Source: Botryllus schlosseri
Lineage: Eukaryota
NCBI GenBank assembly: GCA_051294905.1
Contig: CM119371.1
Span: 11,162,001-11,222,000 of the forward strand
Direction of reading: 5' to 3'
Length of the DNA: 60,000 bases
Shown piece by piece: positions 48,696-60,000 of the stretch. The position numbers were made by a program, and so were the translations under genes. Position 1 is the stretch's first letter, and each line of letters begins with the position of its first letter. The notes beneath the pieces were generated by a model, which did no database searches, was not told the DNA's origin, and saw only the letters and a program-made list of their open reading frames with translations.

Positions 48696-49741
48696 TATAT
48701 TACTATGCATCATTCCTGAAATAATTACCAAGTGCAATGAGACCAATTCTGGTATATATAATTAATCGATAAAATCGGCAAAATTGTCTTTCACTATGCT
48801 CAACTAAAATCATTCGCTTGCAAATACTTGAAACTCTGTGCTTCACCGCATATGCTGACTTCAGTTTTAGATTTCCAGATTATATAGGTAGCAGAAAGAG
48901 CGATTAGGTAGTGTAAATATGTGCGAGTAATCGTTTCGCTAGATCGCATATGTCGTGAAATTAATTGTCAATTAAGAATTTGTAATTCTTCCTGCGAACG
49001 CAATTCGATAAATCGTGAAATATTCGCATAATATCGGACTCTTTGCGAGTCATGTTTAGGCTACATTGGTCTGTGACAGAGAGCAGACAACATACCCATA
49101 TATTTCCGCGTAATTATTCACGGCAGCACAGTCATTTCTATCGCAGGTATTTTAGGATGATTTGTCCTCCTTTCGCACGTAAATGTTCTATTGTCGTCAT
49201 TGTTCGCATTTCGTACCCCATGCCATGGTGGAAATATGATAAAGCACGAATTTTGCACCCGCGGATATACATGCTTTCTTGAATGTTGTTACATACATTG
49301 TTCGACATTCTCTGTAACATCTAGACCTTTTCACATGCGAGGATCTGTCGCAATTTTTAAAAATAGCATACCCTAACGATATCACCGCTAGTCATCTAGA
49401 CAAGTTCTTGTTTTTACATTGGGGTATGTTGATACAAGTTCTTATTTCTTACTCAAACGTGACAATTCTACTTTGTTTCAATTGCCAGCAAAAAGTCTCT
49501 TCTTTTTGGGTGTTGAAATTATGGTAGGTTATCCGCTATCGGAATAAAGACGGCGCAAAGCGCAACCCATTGATGTTGCAACTGTGAATTATACCACTAT
49601 ACGCCACCTCGCCACTGCGCTGTGACTTGAAGTGTGGATCTAAGGTGGTTAGCAGTGTTGGCACCGAGTTCGCACTTTCTAGTCACAAGTTCTTTCGAGT
49701 CATGACAAGTTGTAACGAGTCTGTAAGTTACGGATAATTAT

Positions 49742-50090
49742 TTGAAGAGCTTCTTATGAGGTACAGAACTTCAATATACAGTTGAATAGTATATTCATAT
49801 CGAAAAGAACCCGAATATTCTCGGCTGACACTCGTCAGGGATATAATCGTCAGCAACTAGTAGAGAATTGGAAAGAACATTCTATATCAACAATCGTATC
49901 ACAAAATATGAAGTCACGAGCATGAAATTTCGAATACGAGAGCGTTCAATGTACTATTTTTAGATGGAACACGACACAGCCTTTGATGGTTATATTGATA
50001 AAAGTCGACTCCAAGGCACTCGAATGAAAGTGAGAACGGCTCCATCCAACGAGGTGAAATCTATCGTCTCGATAAATATTTTCGCATGCT
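49742..50090 (-). mobile_element. Degenerate Penelope-like 3' fragment (pLTR plus GIY-YIG remnant)
   Basis: Similar to 53269-53590; its hammerhead core has GAAA changed to GAGA. Confidence 0.75.
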
Positions 50091-50279
50091 AAATATTGCG
50101 GGAATGTCGTTCAATGTAAGCGAATCTATTGACTAATTAAAATAAATTCGTCAACTGCAAATTGCGTCAAAATCGTGAAAACAACAAAGTCTTTAGTTCC
50201 TGATCAAAAATATGAGCGTTGAATAATGGTGCATCGTGGATATATGATCCCATTTCCCGAAAATCCATGCTGACCTTTA

Positions 50280-50552
50280 GTTTGTTTGTTTCATATTCAC
50301 GGAGGCTCGACTACATTGGTCATTTTACACCAGGCGGATAGTCTTAATATTGTATTCCGTATTTACCACCTTCTGGCACAGCCTACTTCTAGAGCTAATT
50401 ATAAGTGTCCGCTTATGCAGATCACGTGGCGAGGAGGAGCCTAGATAAACCTCTCACACTTCTGCATGAATTCTGGAGTCGACATCGGTCGGACTCGCAC
50501 CCGCAACCCATTGGTGTTGCAGCTGCGGTTATACAACTAAGCTATGTCGCGC
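50280..50552 (-). mobile_element. tRNA-derived SINE
   Basis: Reverse-complement homology to 43790-44061, including the core and AAAC tail. Confidence 0.75.
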
Positions 50553-50929
50553 TGACCTTTAATATTGATGAGAATTCAATGGCGGAAATCCGTAATTGCG
50601 CACAAAGTTCAGTACTTTGTTATTCCAAATTCCAAATTGTTATAGCCCGTATAATTGGTGATGGTACATCCGGCATATCATCGGGCTCATGATGGTTTGA
50701 AGCATGTGTGACATGGTCGCTCAGCTAGTCTCACACAAACGATATTTATTGAATACATAATTCAAAACTGTTGTAACGAGAATATATTGCCCGTCAAGGG
50801 CTACTACTACTACAACAACTAATAAATAAATGATCTTCCACCACATCACGGGTAAAGTTTACTTATTACGACTAGAGTATGCCATCGTAATCACGGAGAG
50901 TATGCGAAGCTTTATATGTTGTCTAAATG

Positions 50930-51493
50930 CAGGGTTGTAACCAAGTCACACGGCTCTGAGTCACAAGACAATCTCATTTTTTAAGTTTTAACTCGAGTCA
51001 AGTCAAGCCTTTTTCAATTCAGCATCGAGTCCAAGTCATCGAGCAGAGGGTCGAGTCCGAGTAATGATATTATGACTCGAGTCCGAGTCCAAGTCATTGT
51101 GGTAACTGCTCAGTTTCCAGTTAAAGTCTTGTTAAACACACCTTCTATAACCCTGCGTGATGATATCAAATGGTTCCCATTTATAACATACTAATTATCC
51201 TCAATTTTAGCAGTTTCTGGTCGCATTATCAACTACCAGTACCAATAGACCAAATCACAATGGTTTAGTTACTTTACTATTCTTCGAAATTGCAATGAAA
51301 TGTCGGTATTGCCCGTCTGAGTCTCGAGGCATGTGTCTTGGTTCGAGTCATGCGCAATGACTCGAGTTCCAGTCGAGTCAAAACACAAATTGAGTCGAGT
51401 CGAGACAGGTCATTTCTGTAATTTGGGAAAATGACTTGAGTCGAGTCACCAGTAAATCGTGACTCGAGTCGGACTCGAGTCATTACAACCCTG
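50930..51493. mobile_element. hAT-type MITE with GACTCGAGTC arrays
   Basis: TIR CAGGGTTGTAA...TTACAACCCTG; TSD TCTAAATG/GCTAGATG (6/8). Confidence 0.8.
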
Positions 51494-52010
51494 GCTAGAT
51501 GCCCCACTTTGAAGTGCGATGTCATTTCTCCCTTCATTACAATGTTCGTGCCATCACAACAATATGTACATTGTCTTGCTCCTAAATTTCAGTCGTGCTA
51601 CGCCACTGAAAGTTTATTGGGCAGAATACGAATCCTGCCCTATAGTTCGCTGCACCGTTGGCTCTTAATACAATTTGAAGTGTTGTAATCTGCCCGAAAT
51701 CCGAAAAGATCGCCTATATCTTGTGAGGGGTAAGCAATTTTGAATCGATCATTTTATACAGTTGCTCACGCGTTGAAATAATGTAAGAACTACTGCTTCG
51801 TATATAATAAATTACTGCTATACTGCTACTCCAGATAATTAGACCACTTTGATATCCAACGAATTAATCACCGAGTGCTCAGGAAAACGAAATCTATGTT
51901 TCTCGTGGACATGCTACAAATCCAATGTAAATTGAAATTAGCATTTAAATGAACACTCGGGTTTTGTAATGCATGTGACACTTGGAACCCGATCGATACT
52001 CTGTCTAAAG

Positions 52011-52293
52011 CAGTGTTTCTCAAACTGGGCCCACCCCCATTAAAGGGCTTGAGAGTATCTGAAAAATTCCCGCGTTGAGCGATTTACCTTCAATTGATGG
52101 TTCTTTCTCTGTGTATAGTCCGAATTTCATATTGGAGAATTCTCTCATCAACAGTCACAATCTTACTTGTCATAAAACTATCCATTGGGATCCTAACACT
52201 CTGGTTGCATTTTGTGATGGGACGAGAAGGGGGCACTAAATCTTTCACTGTCATAAAGTGGGGTATGTCTAAAAAAAAGTTTGAGAACTATTG
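52011..52293. mobile_element. CAGTGGTTCTC-family MITE, diverged copy
   Basis: Termini CAGTGTTTCTCAAAC...GTTTGAGAACTATTG; internal homology to 15171-15492. Confidence 0.8.
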
Positions 52294-52606
52294 GTCCATA
52301 GGATATGAACCCTTGTTGGATTTCTACGAATCTCTAATAATACATGACTAGTGTGAGAACCTGAGTAGTAATTGCTATCGACGATCTTACTATCAGCATT
52401 TAAAACAATACGATATGGAAGATCGAATCTTCATCAAACGTGTCATATATTGTACATTTGCGATATACATGGTTCTAATACACACACAGTCACTACAAGA
52501 TATACCATACCTAACAATGATACATATTCGAACATCATCACCGGATGCAATACATCTCATATGACGTGCATTTTGAAAGAATCTAGGAATCGTATGTTAG
52601 CGATGC

Positions 52607-52698
52607 TATTGCTACACATATAACTACACAATCGGAAGTAATTAGTATTATATATTGCCACACATATAACTACACAATCGAAAGTAATTATTATTATA
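52607..52698. repeat. 2 x 46-bp tandem repeat
   Basis: tattgc(t/c)acacatataactacacaatcg(g/a)aagtaatta(g/t)tattata occurs twice. Confidence 0.85.
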
Positions 52699-53307
52699 TA
52701 TATAACGGAGGGAGGGGGTATACCATCGTTTAAACAAGTGGGCCAGATATCTATAACGCATTGAAACCGAGAGCGGCACATAGGATTTCTACTAGAATAG
52801 CCCAAGAGCCCATTTAAAATCGGGAAAAATGAAGGTGAGTCTCATCACTAAAGTTTGACATCGAACTATACATATAACAGTTGTAAATAGTCGAAAGTGA
52901 TTGCGCGGAGCCCTAATTACTCAGGTCACTGAACAAATTGTCTTGAAAAGAATCAAGTGGTCGCAAGACCAATGAGCATATTTCGCTGTTACTACGCACT
53001 GCACTTCGCCCTTATCAGACAAAGCAAAATAAGAGAGCCATTCAGTGAGCAATATAAAATTAAAAATTCACCCGCAATCCTGAAATATTACTCTGCAGGC
53101 AGCATTCGGCCATTGACAGTACGTCGTATGTCCCTGCCATATTCTGTCATCTCGCGTACAAATTTAGGCTCATTCAACAATTGTGAAATTAAATCAATGT
53201 TGCATCTTGGGAAAATCAGATTGAACGTGACTTGAATACGTAAACATATAGGTTGATTAGTAGATACATTCAATATACAATCGACTAGTATATTCATATT
53301 TAAATGA

Positions 53308-53341
53308 ACCCGAATATTTTCGGTTGACACTCGTCAGGGGT
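53308..53341 (-). ncRNA. Minimal type I hammerhead ribozyme motif in the Penelope pLTR
   Basis: ACCC-CUGACGA-G(UGUCAAC)C-GAAA-AUAU-UC-GGGU: intact core, 4-bp stem I, palindromic stem III (AAUAUU). Confidence 0.75.
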
Positions 53342-53810
53342 AATCGTCAGCAACTAGTAGAGAATTGGAAAGAATATTGTATATCAACAATCGTATCACA
53401 AAATATGACGTCACCAGCATGAAAGAGAGAGCGTTCAATGTACTGTTTTAAGGTGGTACACGAACTCCTTTTGTTGACAGAGTTTTGGTTGGTGTATTTT
53501 GATAAAAGTCGACTCCAAGGCACACAAATGGAATTGTGAACGGCCTCGCCCAACGATTCGAAATCGGTCGTCTCGATAATTATTCGCGCACATCGGATTA
53601 TCTAACAGATGTTTGCCGATGGCAGAATTAATGGCCTTTGATCGATCAGCATCGATCTTAAGCGGATGAGTTAAGGGTGAGCTTTTCACTGAGCTTGATG
53701 CACTTGTTCTGATGAATCATTCACGAAATTTCATGCTGGTGAGTCATATTTTGTGATACGATTGTTGATATACAATATTTTTTCCAATTCTCTACTAGTT
53801 GCTGACGATT

Positions 53811-53844
53811 ACCCTTGACGAGTGTCAGCCGAAAATATTCGGGT
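53811..53844 (+). ncRNA. Hammerhead motif copy with a C3U core change
   Basis: ACCC-UUGACGA-GUGUCAGCC-GAAA-AUAU-UC-GGGU. Confidence 0.55.
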
Positions 53845-54279
53845 TCATTTCAATATGAATATACTGTTCGCTTGCATAATGTAGTTCTGCACCTCCAAGA
53901 AGCTCTTCATATGTACATTCGGCACATCGCGTAATGGTCATAATTTTAACAATCAATTCAAGCATTTACGGATGTTTTCGAAAGGATGTCACTATTGATT
54001 TAAAACGAATGGAAATCGATTCCAATTTTGAACGTATAAGTTTGTAGGCGAGGTCACAGCCTTGTAGTCACGACATTTATTCTCAGAGATGTTTCAAGTC
54101 CAGCATCCACCAAGCATCTCGACTGTCGCGTTGACCTGAAAAACGATTTTGTCTCTAAATAGACAATATCTTTCACCTGGACAACTTCTGATATTATGCT
54201 GTGAATTGCACTGACAAGCAGAAATAATTATTCAAGAAAAAATGAAATGTTCCTCATGCAATATTAATATACCATTTAT

Positions 54280-54404
54280 TAGTATATTCATATTGAAATG
54301 AACACGAATATTTTCGGCTGACACTCGTCAGGGGTAATCGTCGGCAACTAGTAGTGAATTGAAAAGAACATTGTATATCAGCAATCGTATCACAAAGCTC
54401 TTCA
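54280..54404 (-). mobile_element. Solo Penelope pLTR fragment with hammerhead core (54302-54335)
   Basis: Near-copy of 53286-53403; core intact, one stem-I mismatch. Confidence 0.75.
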
Positions 54405-54605
54405 AATTATTAATATACTATCTATCAGCTACATACTTCACTTGCTCTTATAGTTCAAAAGCATCGCAGTAGACAGCCAACAAGGAGTTATATATAATTA
54501 TATATGATTGGTATTTGATTTTTATATGATTTTATTTTAATTCCAGGTATGCTCTAAATGTAGCACATTCACGATAATAAAACCCTAAAATTAAGCAACT
54601 GGATA

Positions 54606-55451
54606 TCATCTTAAGCAGAAGATTGGCTCACAGCAAAGCAATTCCAGTCGAATACCATGATCTTCGGAAATATCATGAACTCTTCTCAGCTCCTCTTTGT
54701 CTAGCATACGATCTTCGTCGAAGTATACCAGAGTTAGTGCTTGCACATTGCTGGCGATAGCGATAATATCATTCACGAGTGGGCGATATCGCCAATCAAA
54801 TACGCATCTGATTGATTCCATCTGCGGTGAGAGAAATCTTTCAAAAGATGCATATGATACCAGTTATGGTAAATACTACTTTTTTCTGCTGACAAGCGTC
54901 GAGTAATTCATGAACCTCTTTTTCATTTCCAGCACAGAACATCCAATGAATGCTAACGCAAACGCCAACATCATTGATCTCATTGCAGTGTTTCAAAATA
55001 TCGTGGTATTGTTCATTGGAAGCTGCACCCTTCACAACAATATTCAAGAATGCAACCTGGCAAGAAGATGGATTTTAGTGACGGAACTATAATGCCAACA
55101 GGGTTCCGACCTTGTATTTATTGACAGAATCTTCGATCAGGGACCAATCGATATCTTTCTCATCATGACAATCCAGCAACATTTTACTGATCTAAACAGT
55201 AAATGGTCCGTGGGCAAGGTTTTACTTGTGAAATTCTTTCCCAATATGATTTATTTCCTATGACACTGACCAAAGGCCTGGAGCTCACTGGAACTAACCT
55301 TTTCCAATTTTGTTTGTGATATATCTCGCAAGTCGTTCTCCGTCGTGTACACAAGTTGATCGGGTACTTCAATATATTCAGGCTCGAAAAGTCTCAAATA
55401 ATATGTCAAATGAGAGATCCAATGGACTCTGTCGAATGCGAATCTTGATTC
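54606..55451 (-). CDS. Gene C (5'-incomplete), unknown protein, >=208 aa; exons 55299-55451, 55111-55191, 54880-55056, 54606-54821
   Basis: Four open exons joined by phase-0 GT-AG introns of 107, 54 and 58 nt: ESRFAFDRVHWISHLTYYLRLFEPEYIEVPDQ...KLEK|ISKMLLDCHDEKDIDWSLIEDSVNKYK|VAFLNIVVKG...LLDACQQKK|MESIRCVFDW...LELLCCEPIFCLR*. Confidence 0.78.
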
Positions 55452-55849
55452 CTATGAACGAAAATGCAGTTTGATACGTGATAATTTATTCGCGATATTT
55501 TCGTCATTTCCAATCAGTCCGGCATTCACTGCAAGTTACCCACAATCATTCTGCTACTATTTCAGGAATGGTATCATTGGGCCGATATTTTTTGACATGT
55601 CAAAATGTTCAAATTCAGTCCAAATTGTAGCGTTAATCAAAAAAAAAAAATTCAAAATTGTTTACGAAGTCAAAATTTCTCTGCTACCTGTATTTAGTTT
55701 GTATCGTAGATGTTTGCACTGTCGCTTAATTTATCATTAGACATTTTACAGCTTGTAGCCTACCGTTGTAGATGGTACATATTGTCTGCTCATTGCGAAT
55801 CATGAAAGGTCAAATGAAACGAATAGCTTGACATGGTGTTATGCTCGAC

Positions 55850-56440
55850 GTTCTGCAATAACCTAACTGAAGCAAGACTGAGTGGGCATTGGTTCTTATA
55901 TCAAGAAGAGCATGATGAAAAATTGTGATGTATACAACATTGTCAGAATGATGCAACACGGTGTATCACCGGAAGTGTACGTACAACTTCAGTGTTGCCA
56001 GCCACCAACTACTGGTGCTGAAAGTTATTTCTTCATTCTTGCCGAACTGCTTTGCAAGGACAGACACTTTCGACCAGAGAATGCAGGAAAGTGACATTTC
56101 GTTGTTGTACTACAACATATGTTGATAATTTCCACCTTAAGACGAGAAGTAATTATTAGTCAGGATTCCGTTTAAATAAATCGTTTTCATGTAAAAATTG
56201 GTCAGTTTTTAAGTCAAGAAAGTTTTTACACACCAACCTACACAGTTCCAACCAGAAATGAATATACGTCGTACAAATCTAACATTACATGCGCAAATTC
56301 CTAATCTACATACTGGAGGGAAAAATTCTGTCAAAATTAAGTATTTTAAGGTCAAAAAATGTCAGGATTTTGATTTTTTAGATCAAAATCTTCCGATTTT
56401 AGGTAAAGAAATCGACCTAATTATCCTACATCACTAGACA
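55850..56440 (+). mobile_element. hAT transposon 3' fragment (dimerisation-domain remnant)
   Basis: QHGVSPEVYVQLQCCQPPTTGAESYFFILAELLCKDRHFRPENAGK; homologous to the inverted 59510-60000. Confidence 0.7.
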
Positions 56441-56512
56441 TGACATTAATATTGTACCAATATTGGCTCATTTGCACTGCGATCGATAAATATGAGTAGA
56501 CATCGTTTAAGC

Positions 56513-59271
56513 CAGACCTGGGCAAAGTGCCGCCCGCGGGCCAAAGGCGGCCAGCGAAGCTATTCTGTGCGGCCCGCGAAAGGTTGCTTGAGATTCAAAA
56601 CATAAAACTTGCTTTTTGAATGACTAAAACCATAGACTGTATCAAATGAACAGGATATTCGTTTACTTTTAAGCCTGTTCATTAATATGTCAAGATTACG
56701 ATGCCTATGTACCTGGCATGCGTTATCCAGATTCAAAATGAAAGCAATGTGGCAAAGTATGAGTAGCGATTGAAGTCACAAGAAATCACTCTTTCTATAT
56801 AGTTTAGTTCAAACCTTCCTTGTTGACATTGTCACATTACACATTATACCAGTGGTTCTCAACCTTGCCTCCAGCGGCCCCCAAGGGGCGCTGGCGATTT
56901 TGAAGGGGGCGGAAACGCTCAGGGGGCGATATGGGGGGCGCTGGGATCAGGGGGCGATAAGGGGGCGCTCAAGAAAGATGGCTTCGCCGTAGATGATGTG
57001 GTAGTAGGACATATCCTTAATGAGTATTCAGAACAAATTAACATTCCACAAAACATTTCAAATCCCGAACTTTTTGGTCGCGCTACACGACGATGTTTCC
57101 TTCATATGTTTTCATAAATGTAGTTGGTTATTATAATTCATATAAAACGAATTGCGCGTACTTTTAGATTGCCAATTTCCCGTTAGTTGAAACACTGCCG
57201 TCACACTTGCTAGGATTATTTTCAACAAAATGTTTCGAATTGGGTATTATATCCCGCAGTGGACAGCGTGGGAAAATCGAAGGAGGCACTGTATCTCACT
57301 TTTGATTGAGAGTAAGAGCCCCTTGTACACAAAATAAGTTTTGAAGCATTTTGCACGAAATGAATAACTAAATATACATGCATTTGAGAGCTACAAAATT
57401 AAATCGTCGCAATATTTCTTCATCGTATCATAAAGGATGATACTATCTCGTGTTGTGGTTCACAACCTCACCTGAACCTTATATAATATGAGTTTCTTTG
57501 TTTGGAATACATTTATGTTAAAATTAATAACTGGGTGCAGTACTTAATTCAATGTGAGCAGATATATGCATCCAATTTTCAGTTGACTTACTTATAGCTA
57601 CACTAAGCACCAAGACAAAATCCATTACCATTAATTTCCCGTATTGCCAATAGCCGATGTGAATTGGGGAGGGTTCGAACCACAGGGTATGAGACCGTAC
57701 CCCATTGTTGATATAACAACCTTGATTTGACCCTGAATATACCACACACAATTATTATATTATTTGACTATATAGCGGACAAGAGGTAACAAAATAACAA
57801 CTTGTAACGAAGTAGTAGTACCAACTGGCACGCCCGAATATGTTTAATTATTAATTACGTGGCCTTCATTTTCCAAGACAACACCTCACTCAGCGCTACT
57901 GGTAATTCTGATTACGTGGACTGAGAGGATAAAAATTTAAAGCGACATATATATGCAATTACCCCCTATTCATTCATGCATTATTGAAAATATTTGCGCC
58001 TTGGGCCACCAGGCCACACACACTTTGCTGACCATCGAAATCACGCGACGGGGTTCTTGGCAGCTAAGCCCCCAGAAGTTTGGTTTATCACGCTATGTGT
58101 GCGTAAGACAACCGTTTTTTAGGGGGGCTGACGAAGTGCTGTTACGGCCCTTCCGCTTACCCATTGTCTTTATCACTGTCCTTACAATATGTGGGGGGGG
58201 GGCACAAGAGCCTGATAATTTTTGATAGAGGTCGCTGGAGGAAAAAGGTTAAGAACCACTGCATTATGGGGTATGTGTTCCAATTTGTGACATGATATGT
58301 TTCCAAATTCCTAATTCGTAAAACAAGTCAATCAGTGCTCGCGATTAGCCTATGACTCATCCTATCTATCACCCAAAAAGGATCGATTAACGGGCATGCC
58401 AAAAAAGCCGAAAACCGAAATTCAAAGAAGGTCTAGGTTTAGAATTTAGAGCTCTAACTATTCACATACTGGAGTCAGGGGTAAACCCATCCTTTACGTT
58501 TTTGCCGATCATGTCGCCCGGATTTTAATTAAAGTCGGTCGTATGACAGAACCACGCAACACTAGGTCAAGGGAGGGCGCAGTTCAGGAAAACTGCAAGC
58601 TTCGCTTAACATAAAGACTATTTAGCCTGCACACTGCTCGGAAGGCAGCCGTGCACTATTGCATATACAGTGCAGTGCAGTGGTTCTCGAACTGGGAGAC
58701 GTGAAAGCATCAAAATGATGGCGCGAAGCAGTAGTATATTGGAAAAAAAATTCGCGCTAGGCGCGATGTAGTTCCCGCTTATAGTTATCGCTCTGTGTAT
58801 TGTCCGACTTTGATATTTCACAATTCTCTCATCGACAGCCATAATTTTCCATGCAATCAAACTATCCGTTGGGATTGTTAGCATTCTGGTTGCCCTTTTT
58901 TATATTTTGTGATGTCATGATAAGTGGGCGCGGAATTTTTCACTATCATAAAGGGAGGCGTGCCTAAAATAGTTTGAGAACCACTGTTTTAGAGTCTTAA
59001 TAGAGGAATGTGGATAGTGGTTTAAGGAGAGCTAAAATGTATCATGTTTAACATTGTTTTGAATTATGACAGCTAACAGATATATTTTTAATTAACCGTC
59101 ACTTTCTCATTACCTGATATCAACACATTGACTGAGCAGCATTTATTAACAATGTAATTTAGAAATAAAATTAAAACACGCTGGAGAATACAGCTAAACT
59201 TTTTCACTCGGCCCGCCAACGTATTTATTTTTCTCATTTGGCCCGCGCAGGAAAATAATTGCCCACCCTTG
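56513..59271. mobile_element. hAT (Buster-type) composite MITE with nested 56850-58261 and 58678-58986 elements
   Basis: Termini CAGACCTGGGCAAA...AATTGCCCACCCTTG; perfect TSD GTTTAAGC (56505-56512, 59272-59279). Confidence 0.9.
56850..58261. mobile_element. hAT (Buster-type) element, inverted shorter relative of 7620-9910
   Basis: TIR CAGTGGTTCTCAACCTT...AAGGTTAAGAACCACTG; TSD CATTATAC/CATTATGG. Confidence 0.88.
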
Positions 59272-59509
59272 GTTTAAGCAATACCTTTCGGCGTATTGCC
59301 TTTTATGTTTTGGTTGGCTCGTAAGGCCAATACCGAGAAAATCATAAATTTTGCTAACATGATCAACAAAATGCTGCGCTGTAAGGAAATTACCAACAAT
59401 TGATGAGGCCTGGTGCGAATAACAATATATGTCGAACAGATTGCAAATCCTACATTCATCACTGTCCGACATCAAGTTGCCAACGGCCGCCACATTTCAT
59501 TTCTTATAA

Positions 59510-60000
59510 GTAGGGCGATATTTTTAGCTAGAAAAGGGGAAGATATTGACCTAAAAATAACAATGTTGACATTTTTTTACCTCAACAATCTTTATTTCGA
59601 GCAAATTTGACCTAACGTCTGCAGATTAGGTGTCTTCCCAAATAATGTCAGTGTTTTACTACTTATCTTCAATTCTGGTTAGAACTGTCTGTCCTTATGA
59701 AGTAGTTTGACCCGAAATAAAACTTGCTGAAAAACTGACAAATTTTTACATAAAACATCGTTATCTTAACGAAGTCTGGCCCTATGAAGAATTCCAGTAG
59801 TTACATTACGCATAATGGCAGAAATAATTTTAAAAAATGTAGTACAACGAAAGATACTTTCCTACATTCTCGGGTAGAGAGTGTCGAGCCTTACTAAGTA
59901 GCTTGCCAAGACTGGAGAAAGAACGTTCAACAGCCGCAGTCGTTGGCTGACAACACTGAAGTTGTGCGTACAGTGCTGGTGACACACCGTGTTGCTTCAT
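59510..60000 (-). mobile_element. hAT transposase C-terminus and 3' end, continuing beyond the window
   Basis: Minus strand reads MKQHGVSPALYAQLQCCQPTTAAVERSFSSLGKLLSKARHSLPENVGKYLSLYYIF* (hAT dimerisation motif PT..AVERSFS). Confidence 0.8.

Larger units (their letters stand above)
53269..53909 (-). mobile_element. 5'-truncated Penelope-like retroelement: GIY-YIG endonuclease C-terminus flanked by inverted pLTR copies
   Basis: ORF 53435-53689 SAIGKHLLDNPMCANNYRDDRFRIVGRGRSQFHLCALESTFIKIHQPKLCQQKEFVYHL is a typical PLE GIY-YIG tail; ~53285-53425 is inverted at ~53728-53866. Confidence 0.88.

Noticed and set aside
53088..53270. Protein-like ORF tail (LIFPRCNIDLISQLLNEPKFVREMTEYGRD)
   Set aside because: The ORF start lies inside the Penelope pLTR, and no acceptor or partner exon could be established.

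Overview
AT-rich eukaryotic (metazoan) genomic DNA. The very short GT-AG introns (54-107 nt) and the MITE/SINE repertoire suggest an invertebrate such as an ascidian, but this is inference. There are no prokaryotic genes, rRNA or CRISPR arrays. Much of the window is nested non-autonomous DNA transposons: mostly hAT-type MITEs with 8-bp TSDs, a hATm-like foldback with a 9-bp TSD, a P/Galileo-like foldback with a 7-bp TSD and a Kolobok-like foldback at TTAA. It also holds tRNA-derived SINEs and Penelope-like retroelement fragments carrying minimal hammerhead ribozyme motifs. Between the repeats, on the minus strand, I reconstructed by hand two paralogous spliced genes for single-pass membrane proteins (Ser/Thr-rich stalk, a 103-nt TM exon in both, acidic Tyr-motif cytoplasmic tail). 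I also found candidate Cys-rich ectodomain exons and a 5'-incomplete four-exon gene at 54.6-55.5 kb. Most ORFs in the supplied track are spurious or are partial readings of these exons.
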